In this document: one piece after another, positions 10,449-16,574 of the stretch | Position numbering within the stretch: the stretch's first letter is position 1 | Layout: every line of letters begins with the position of its first letter | Source: an uncultured Eubacteriales bacterium | GTDB lineage: Bacteria > Bacillota > Clostridia > TANB77 > UBA1234 | Assembly: GCA_964400015.1 (NCBI GenBank) | Contig: CAYNRR010000015.1 | Coordinates: 9,184-33,183 of the forward strand | Length of the DNA: 24,000 bases | Direction of reading: 5' to 3' | Notes under the pieces: model-generated | Database searches by the model: none | What the model saw: the letters and a program-made list of their open reading frames with translations, nothing else | What the model was told of the DNA's origin: nothing | Translations under genes and position numbers: made by a program

Positions 10449-10640
10449 ATGATAATTAAACCATCATTTAGTGAATTATTAGCAAAAGGAAATGGAAAAT
10501 ATTCATTAGTAATAGGTACAGCTAAAAGAGCTAGACAAATAGCAGAAGGTAGTCCTAAACTAACAAATGCTAAAATGGAATCTGATGTTACAACTGCAGC
10601 AATAGAAATTGCAGAAGATAAGATTGTTATCGCAAAATAA
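10449..10640 (+). CDS. rpoZ: DNA-directed RNA polymerase subunit omega
   Basis: 63 aa with an YSLVIGTAKRARQI motif and GGGAGG upstream. Confidence 0.85.
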   Translation: MIIKPSFSELLAKGNGKYSLVIGTAKRARQIAEGSPKLTNAKMESDVTTAAIEIAEDKIVIAK

Positions 10641-10646
10641 TAAAAG

Positions 10647-10719
10647 TTAGAGCATAGAAGTCTCTACATTGAAGTGAACATGAAGTAACTTCGTGGGAAT
10701 TTCTATGCTCTAATTTTAG
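10647..10719 (+). terminator. long-stem terminator-like hairpin with a structured 41-nt loop
   Basis: TTAGAGCATAGAA (10647-10659) pairs with TTCTATGCTCTAA (10701-10713), followed by TTTTAG. An inner 7-bp hairpin CATGAAG/CTTCGTG is present. Confidence 0.5.
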
Positions 10720-10740
10720 TTACGAAAGGAAGAAATATAA

Positions 10741-13449
10741 ATGGGATTTTTAAAAAAATTATTTCCTTCATACAGTGAAAGGGAAATCAAAAAAATAAAG
10801 CATTACGTTGATGAAATCAATGCACTAGAGCCAACAATGGAAGCTTTATCAGATAAAGAACTACGTGCAAAAACAGATGAATTTAAGAAAAGATTACAAG
10901 AGGGCGAAACATTAAATGATATATTAGTAGAGGCATACGCAACTGTTCGTGAAGCTTCAAAAAGAGTATATGGAAAGAGACCATTTGATGTTCAGCTTAT
11001 GGGTGCAATAATATTACATCAAGGCAGAATTTCAGAAATGAAAACAGGTGAAGGAAAAACATTAACAGCTTCAATCGCCTTATATTTAAATGCACTAGAA
11101 GGAAAAGGTGCTCACCTAGTTACGGTAAATGACTATCTTGCTAAATCGCAAGGTGAAGAAATGGGTAAATTGTATAATTTCTTAGGACTATCTGTAGGTA
11201 TAATAATAAATGGATTAGAACCAAGAGAAAGAAAAGCTGCATATGCTGCTGATATTACTTATGGAACAAATAATGAATATGGATTTGACTACTTAAGAGA
11301 TAATATGGCTATATATAAAGAAAACATGGTTCAAAGAGAATTGAATTATGCGATTGTCGATGAAATAGATAGTATCCTAATCGATGAAGCACGTACACCA
11401 CTTATTATTTCTGGACCATCAGATAAAGCCAATGACTTATATAAAACAGCAGATGCATTTGTTAAAAAGCTAAAATTTAAAGTAATCACTAAAGATGATA
11501 CTAAGCAAGAAGAATCTGAAGAAGATAAAGAATACGACGCAATCGTAGACTTAAAAGCACGTAGAACTACTTTAACTTCAACAGGTACATCAAAAGCTGA
11601 AAAACATTTTGGTGTTGAAAATTTATCTGATATAGAGAATACGACTCTTTTACATCATATAACAAAAGCACTTGATGCTAATGGCATCATGAAGAGAGAC
11701 GTTGACTATATCGTAAAAGATGGCGAAGTACTAATAGTAGACGAACATACAGGAAGAATCATGTATGGTAGAAGATATAGTGATGGACTACACCAAGCTA
11801 TTGAAGCAAAAGAAAATGTAAAAATAGAAAACGAAAATAAAACACTTGCTACAATAACATTCCAAAACTATTTCAGATTATATAATAAATTATCTGGTAT
11901 GACTGGTACAGCATTAACAGAAGAAACAGAATTTAGAGAAATATACGCATTAGATGTTGTAGAGATACCTACTAATAAGCCAATGATTAGAAAAGATCAT
12001 AACGATGTTGTATACAAAACAGAAAGAGCGAAATTAAGACATGTTATAGAAGATATCAAAGAAAGCAATCAAAAAGGACAACCTGTATTAGTTGGTACAA
12101 CAACAGTTGAAAAATCAGAATACCTTAGCGATTTATTAAAGCGTGAAGGTATTAAGCATGAAGTATTGAATGCAAAATATCATGAAAAAGAAGCTGAAAT
12201 TGTAGCACAAGCAGGTAAATTTGGAGCTGTTACAATTGCAACAAACATGGCAGGTAGAGGTACAGACATAATGCTTGGTGGTAACACAGAAGCATTAGCA
12301 AAACACGAATTAAAGAAACGTGGCTATCCAGAAGATGCTATATTAGAAGCAGTTAGCTTAAATGATACAGAAGTGCCAGAAATACTAGAAATAAGAAAAG
12401 AATACAAAGAAATATATGACAAACTAGACCAAAAAGTTCAAGAGGATAGAAAGAAAGTTATTGAAGCCGGTGGATTAAAAATCATTGGTACAGAACGTCA
12501 TGAATCTAGAAGAATAGATAACCAGCTTCGTGGACGTAGTGGACGTCAAGGTGACGTAGGTGAATCAAGATTTTATATTTCGCTAGAAGACAAGTTAATG
12601 AAACTATTTGGTGGTGACCGAATTCAAATGGTTGCTAACGCAATAAAAATGGATGAAGACATGCCACTTGAAATGGGAATGTTAACAAGTACAATAGAAA
12701 CAGCACAAAAGAATGTAGAATCAATTCACTATAGTGCAAGAAAGAACACATTACAGTACGATGATATTATGAACGACCAAAGAAAGATTATATACACAGA
12801 CAGAAGAAAAGTACTAGATGGCAAAAACATGAAATCGGATATTATGAAAATGATAAGCCAAACAATTCAAAGTGCTGTAGACTCATATTTTGGAATAGAT
12901 GTAACAACTGAAAATGAAGAAGAATTCTTAATGTACGTAAGAAATCTATTAGGAATAGAATATACATTAGATTCATCAAAAACACCAGAGGCAATAGTTG
13001 AAGACTTAACTAATAAAGCAATCGAAATATACGAAGCAAAAGAAAAAGAAATTGGTGAAGCTCAACTTAGAGAAATAGAAAGAATCATAATTTTAAGAAC
13101 AGTAGACACAAAATGGATAGATCACCTAGATGCAATGGATCAATTAAAAGAAGGGGTTAGACTAAGAGGTTATGCACAAAAAGATCCAGTAGTTGAATTT
13201 AGAATGGAAAGTTATGATGTATTTAATGAAATGACTGCAGGAATAGCAGAAACAGTAGTAAGATCAATAATGCACATACAAAAAAGAAACGAGAACATGG
13301 AGAGAGTTAACGTTATCAAAAAAATGATAACAAACATGAATGCGGCAGCAAATGCAGCATCAGAAAAAGCAAAACCAAAAGTAAATTCAAGCAAAGAAAA
13401 AGTTGGTAGAAATGATCCATGCCCATGCCGGAAGTGGAAAGAAGTATAA
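10741..13449 (+). CDS. secA: preprotein translocase ATPase SecA; the C-terminal zinc motif is cut off by a 1-nt frameshift (the intact frame would end at 13474)
   Basis: MKTGEGKTL Walker A, VDEIDSILIDEARTPLIISG, TNMAGRGTDI and LRGRSGRQGD motifs. The ORF ends ...GRNDPCPCRKWKEV*, while the +1 frame from 13430 reads GSGKKYKKCCGKDE*. Confidence 0.95.
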   Translation: MGFLKKLFPSYSEREIKKIKHYVDEINALEPTMEALSDKELRAKTDEFKKRLQEGETLNDILVEAYATVREASKRVYGKRPFDVQLMGAIILHQGRISEMKTGEGKTLTASIALYLNALEGKGAHLVTVNDYLAKSQGEEMGKLYNFLGLSVGIIINGLEPRERKAAYAADITYGTNNEYGFDYLRDNMAIYKENMVQRELNYAIVDEIDSILIDEARTPLIISGPSDKANDLYKTADAFVKKLKFKVITKDDTKQEESEEDKEYDAIVDLKARRTTLTSTGTSKAEKHFGVENLSDIENTTLLHHITKALDANGIMKRDVDYIVKDGEVLIVDEHTGRIMYGRRYSDGLHQAIEAKENVKIENENKTLATITFQNYFRLYNKLSGMTGTALTEETEFREIYALDVVEIPTNKPMIRKDHNDVVYKTERAKLRHVIEDIKESNQKGQPVLVGTTTVEKSEYLSDLLKREGIKHEVLNAKYHEKEAEIVAQAGKFGAVTIATNMAGRGTDIMLGGNTEALAKHELKKRGYPEDAILEAVSLNDTEVPEILEIRKEYKEIYDKLDQKVQEDRKKVIEAGGLKIIGTERHESRRIDNQLRGRSGRQGDVGESRFYISLEDKLMKLFGGDRIQMVANAIKMDEDMPLEMGMLTSTIETAQKNVESIHYSARKNTLQYDDIMNDQRKIIYTDRRKVLDGKNMKSDIMKMISQTIQSAVDSYFGIDVTTENEEEFLMYVRNLLGIEYTLDSSKTPEAIVEDLTNKAIEIYEAKEKEIGEAQLREIERIIILRTVDTKWIDHLDAMDQLKEGVRLRGYAQKDPVVEFRMESYDVFNEMTAGIAETVVRSIMHIQKRNENMERVNVIKKMITNMNAAANAASEKAKPKVNSSKEKVGRNDPCPCRKWKEV

Positions 13450-13482
13450 AAAGTGCTGTGGAAAAGATGAATAATATATAAT

Positions 13483-13519
13483 ATTAAAGGCTAGTATAAC
13501 ATTCTATACTAGCCTTTTT
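13483..13519 (+). repeat. direct repeat copy 1, also the secA rho-independent terminator
   Basis: ATTAAAGGCTAGTATAACATTCTATACTAGCCTTTTT. The stem is AAAGGCTAGTATA/TATACTAGCCTTT plus a T-run. It is identical to 14380-14416. Confidence 0.9.
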
Positions 13520-13709
13520 GTATTGAGAAGAAACCAACAGTTGTACTGGTGGTAAAGAAGATTTAGAGCTATGCAGAGAAACTTAATGATGCAAGTAAAA
13601 TATTCAATCAATTATATGATACATGAGAATAATAGACTAATGATTTGTTATCATATATTTTTGTGAGAGTTAATACAGACACCAGAGATAAATAATTGGA
13701 ATTCTGATA

Positions 13710-13738
13710 TTGACATATAGTCCGTATATACTTATAAT
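13710..13738 (+). promoter_or_regulatory. perfect-consensus sigma-A promoter
   Basis: TTGACA (13710-13715), a 17-nt spacer, then TATAAT (13733-13738). It lies about 60 nt upstream of the ORF at 13802. Confidence 0.65.
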
Positions 13739-13801
13739 AAGAACAAAAGTTCTGCAAATGTTTTTTATACTTAAAAAGTTTAATCAAAAGAAGGTAGTAA
13801 A

Positions 13802-14191
13802 TTGCAATATATAACAAATTTAGATAGAAAGAAGTTAGGCATATATGAGAGTAAGTTAATAACAGAAGAAGTGATTTTAACAGACGAAAGATTATACAAA
13901 CACATTCTTTTGTTTCACGAAGAAGAGTATAAACAATTAAAGCCATATATAAAAAGTATAATTGAAGAACCAGATTACATAGTTGAAGATAATAGAAACG
14001 AAGATACTATGATATACTTAAAAGAAATTAGTGATATTGGTAAAAATGGCAGAGTTGTTGTAAAATTGGCATTAGGAAAAGATAAAACACATAATAAAAA
14101 TTCGATTATTACATTGATGAAATTGAATAAAAGAACATGGAATCAAACTATAAAAAATAGAGGAAATATAATTTGGAAGACTAGAAACTAG
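13802..14191 (+). CDS. hypothetical 129-aa protein, possibly a PBECR-type (Barnase-EndoU-ColicinE5/D-RelE fold) nuclease-like domain
   Basis: TTG start 5 nt after AGAAGGTAG. The pattern LTDERLYKHILLFHEEEY...IKSIIEEPDYIVED...NEDTMIYLK...GRVVVKL....KNSIITLMK resembles, from memory, small phage or conjugative-element PBECR nuclease-fold proteins. This is not verified by an HMM. Confidence 0.45.
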   Translation: MQYITNLDRKKLGIYESKLITEEVILTDERLYKHILLFHEEEYKQLKPYIKSIIEEPDYIVEDNRNEDTMIYLKEISDIGKNGRVVVKLALGKDKTHNKNSIITLMKLNKRTWNQTIKNRGNIIWKTRN

Positions 14192-14217
14192 ACAAAAGTG
14201 AATAAAAGATGTATAAT
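14189..14217 (+). promoter_or_regulatory. near-consensus sigma-A promoter overlapping the ORF stop codon
   Basis: TAGACA (14189-14194), a 17-nt spacer, then TGTATAAT (TATAAT at 14212-14217, extended -10). Confidence 0.55.
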
Positions 14218-14223
14218 AAAAAT

Positions 14224-14358
14224 ACACTATGAGTAGGTTATTTGAAGTGGACAATAGTGCCATCCACACACCCTAGTGGTCAAAAGAGATGCAGGATTTG
14301 GCACACCTGCCAAATAACCAGTATGATAAAAGAGCTATGATAACATAGCTCTTTTATT
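14224..14358 (+). ncRNA. candidate structured small RNA (about 130 nt), class unknown
   Basis: It has its own promoter. There is a 9-bp long-range helix (14236-14244 with 14311-14319), an inner hairpin GTGGA/TCCAC (14247-14251 with 14263-14267) and an alternative perfect 8-bp hairpin ATTTGGCA-CACC-TGCCAAAT (14296-14315). Intrinsic terminator AGAGCTATG-ATAA-CATAGCTCT plus a T-run (14328-14358). No credible ORF. Confidence 0.45.
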
Positions 14359-14379
14359 GAAGTGCAAACAATAGAAAAC

Positions 14380-14416
14380 ATTAAAGGCTAGTATAACATT
14401 CTATACTAGCCTTTTT
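14380..14416 (+). repeat. direct repeat copy 2 (terminator hairpin)
   Basis: 37/37 identical to 13483-13519. Confidence 0.9.
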
Positions 14417-14444
14417 CCTATTAAATTATATCAATAACAATTTA

Positions 14445-14726
14445 TCAAATCTCATCAGTAACACCAAGAAGAAAATCTGCTTCTTCTTGAGTTATTTGAC
14501 CTTGTTCTAAACAAGTATTTACAAATTCATTTTTCTCTTCTTCTGTTTGACCACTGGTATCCATGATCGTACGCAATTCGATTAAAGAATCTTTTTTAGT
14601 TTGAAAATGAAGCCCATCTTCGTCAAACATATAATTAGACATAAAGTGTGTTAGTACAAAATATCCAATAACTAAAAGTGCTAATACAATAATTATTATT
14701 GCTATAATAACGTTCTTTTTCTTCAT
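14445..14726 (-). CDS. small N-terminally membrane-anchored protein with an acidic C-terminal domain, unknown function
   Basis: ORF 14445..14735. The ATG at 14726 (MKKKNVIIAIIIIVLALLVIGYFVL) follows AAGAGGTGG. It has one transmembrane segment. Confidence 0.6.
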   Translation of the reverse strand: MKKKNVIIAIIIIVLALLVIGYFVLTHFMSNYMFDEDGLHFQTKKDSLIELRTIMDTSGQTEEEKNEFVNTCLEQGQITQEEADFLLGVTDEI

Positions 14727-14760
14727 AAATACCACCTCTTAGTTCAGTTTACTTATGTAA

Positions 14761-14789
14761 ATTATAACACTTACTATGCATATAATCAA
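14761..14789 (-). promoter_or_regulatory. sigma-A promoter for the 93-aa membrane protein gene
   Basis: On the - strand: TTGATT (14789-14784), a 17-nt spacer, then TGTTATAAT (TATAAT at 14766-14761). Confidence 0.5.
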
Positions 14790-14849
14790 TACAAATGGGA
14801 AAAAATGTATTTCATATACTGCTGTCATTTCTAAAATGTTTTTGTATGG

Positions 14850-14878
14850 TTGACCAAAACGATGCAAAAATATATAAT
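14850..14878 (+). promoter_or_regulatory. sigma-A promoter upstream of prfB
   Basis: TTGACC (14850-14855), a 17-nt spacer, then TATAAT (14873-14878). Confidence 0.55.
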
Positions 14879-14968
14879 TATGCAAATAGAAATAAAAATA
14901 AAAGAGCTAGTTAGACAATATTTTTATATAATATAAAAGGTATTATAAAAATGAAAGTGAGTGATAAA

Positions 14969-16073
14969 ATGTTTGAACTTGAAGAATTACTTCAACAAAT
15001 AAAAATATTTGAAAACAAATTAAAAGAATTGAGTGAATCTCTTTGACATAAAATCAAAGGAACAAGCATTAAAAGATTTAGAAACACAAACGCAAGAAAC
15101 AGAATTTTGGAATGATAGCGAAAATTCTACAAAAGTTTTACAAAAAATAAAAACATTGAAAGATAAAATCGCAGGTTTTATTTCTTTAAATAATTTAATA
15201 AATGACACAAAAGGAATAATTGAACTTAGTCTTGAAGAAAAGGAAGAATCTATGATTCAAGAAGTGAAATCATCAGTTAAGCAAATAGAAAAGCAATTAG
15301 AAAAATTAGAAATTTCAAATTTGCTTTCGGGCAAACACGATGCAAGCAATGCAATTATTACAATTCATCCAGGAGCAGGAGGAACTGAATCACAAGATTG
15401 GGCTGAAATGTTATATAGAATGTATTCAATGTGGGCAGATAAAAATGGTTATAAATTGGAAGAATTAGATTACTTAGATGGAGATGTTGCAGGAATAAAA
15501 AGCGTTACATTTAGTATTATAGGAGATAATGCATACGGTTATTTAAAAGGCGAAAGTGGAGTACATAGACTAGTTAGAATTTCTCCGTTCGATTCTGCTG
15601 GAAGAAGACATACATCATTTGCATCAGTCGAAGTAATTCCAGAAGTATCAGATGATTTAGATATTCAAATAAATCCAGAAGATTTAAAAGTAGATACATA
15701 TCGTTCAAGTGGTGCAGGAGGACAACATGTAAACAAAACAGAATCGGCAATCAGAATAACACACATCCCAACAAACATAATAGTATCTTGTCAAACACAG
15801 CGTTCACAAATTCAAAATAGAGAAAAAGCAATGAAAATGTTAATCTCAAAGTTAATGGAATTAAAAGAACTCGAGAACAAAGAAAAAATAGAAGACTTAA
15901 AAGGAGTACAAAGAGAAATCGCATGGGGAAGTCAAATACGTTCATATGTATTTTGCCCATACACACTAGTAAAAGATCATCGCACAAATCATGAAACAGG
16001 AAACGTAGAAGCTGTAATGAACGGCGAACTAAACGACTTCATCGACGCCTTCTTACGCAGGGACGTCCGTTAA
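14969..16073 (+). CDS. prfB: peptide chain release factor 2, programmed +1 frameshift: join(14969..15043,15045..16073)
   Basis: A short frame, MFELEELLQQIKIFENKLKELSESL, ends at UCU CUU UGA C (CUU 15041-15043, UGA 15044-15046). The main frame continues DIKSKEQ... It carries the SPF motif (RISPFDSAGRRHTSF) and the GGQ motif (SSGAGGQHVNK). Confidence 0.95.
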
Positions 16074-16110
16074 ATGTCTCATTTTTGCTAAAATATGGAT
16101 ATTTTTACAA

Positions 16111-16150
16111 TAAGGCTTTATAGTTTAAATACTATATAGCCTTATTTTTT
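16111..16150 (+). terminator. rho-independent terminator of prfB
   Basis: TAAGGCTtTATAGT (16111-16124) pairs with ACTATAtAGCCTTA (16131-16144), followed by TTTTTT. Confidence 0.7.
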
Positions 16151-16214
16151 GCATTAAATACTAGATAAATGTGCAAATCTAAAGCAGTCGTTTTAAATTT
16201 TGAATTTATTTTTT

Positions 16215-16456
16215 CACAAAAAGAAAACGCATACAACAGATTATCAGTTGCACGCGCTCCCTAGTTTTTCGAGCAGTACATTAACTTGCTCCTTCCACAT
16301 TAAATTTCATACTCCTAACAACTCTCCATACACACCAAGCACTAAAGTCGCATCCTCAACGGAATCTTCTCCTCAGAGCATAGCGCTTATCACCTCAGTA
16401 TCCGTGCGGCCTCCCACATCGTTACTGGTAACAATCTATACTTCAAGTTAGAGTAT
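16215..16456 (-). ncRNA. candidate orphan non-coding RNA (about 240 nt), class unknown; G-rich, C-poor and GGA-dense
   Basis: A minus-strand promoter lies at 16463-16491. There is a minus-strand intrinsic terminator: a 10-bp hairpin (16256-16247 with 16237-16228) followed by UUUUCUUUUU (16227-16215). The segment is G+C-richer than its flanks, has no plausible ORF and has no downstream gene on that strand. Confidence 0.5.
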
Positions 16457-16462
16457 AAAATT

Positions 16463-16491
16463 ATATTATCACAGTTTACATAAAAAGTCAA
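16463..16491 (-). promoter_or_regulatory. sigma-A promoter for the candidate RNA
   Basis: On the - strand: TTGACT (16491-16486), a 17-nt spacer, then TGATAATAT (TAATAT at 16468-16463, TGn extended -10). Confidence 0.5.
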
Positions 16492-16574
16492 GTAAAAATA
16501 ATTTATTTTATATTTTACCATTTCGATTCAATATGGTATTCTATTATAGATGAATTTATTTTGGGGGTAATATT

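Noticed and set aside
13520-13650. Short open frames at the left end of the islet (for example ...CTGGKEDLELCRET* and NDASKIFNQLYDT*) that might be the remnant of a decayed gene.
   Set aside because: The frames are broken and very short, and they match nothing I recognise. I cannot support a pseudogene call without a database hit.
13608-13946. A 112-aa minus-strand ORF inside the islet.
   Set aside because: It is Leu/Tyr/Ile/Lys-rich and low-complexity, as is typical of AT-rich antisense frames. It has no Shine-Dalgarno sequence. It overlaps the consensus promoter and the 5' part of the better-supported plus-strand ORF.
14229-14276. A 15-codon mini-ORF (MSRLFEVDNSAIHTP) inside the candidate sRNA, considered as a possible type I toxin peptide.
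   Set aside because: It has no Shine-Dalgarno sequence, and the peptide is hydrophilic, unlike membrane-active type I toxins.
15044-15046. An in-frame TGA splits prfB into 14969..15043 and 15033..16073, which could be read as a pseudogene.
   Set aside because: The context UCU CUU UGA C is the canonical autoregulatory +1 programmed frameshift of RF2. The short upstream frame has the expected length of about 25 codons. This is a normal gene.
16200-16451. An 83-aa plus-strand ORF in the prfB-polC intergenic region.
   Set aside because: It has a TTG start and no Shine-Dalgarno sequence, and its product is low-complexity and Ser/Thr/Pro-rich. It coincides with a segment that has promoter and terminator signals on the opposite strand, so it is better explained as the complement of a G-rich RNA.
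16215-16456. Glycine-riboswitch-like strings (GGAGAG ... GAAGGAGCAA ... CUAGGGAG), a T-box-like AAACUAGGGAGCGCG and an F-box-like CCGUUG in the minus-strand RNA.
   Set aside because: The expected P1/P3 helices, the UGGN bulge and the ACCGCG of a T-box are absent. GGAGCAA is instead paired in a local hairpin with UGCUC. No gene lies downstream on that strand to be regulated.
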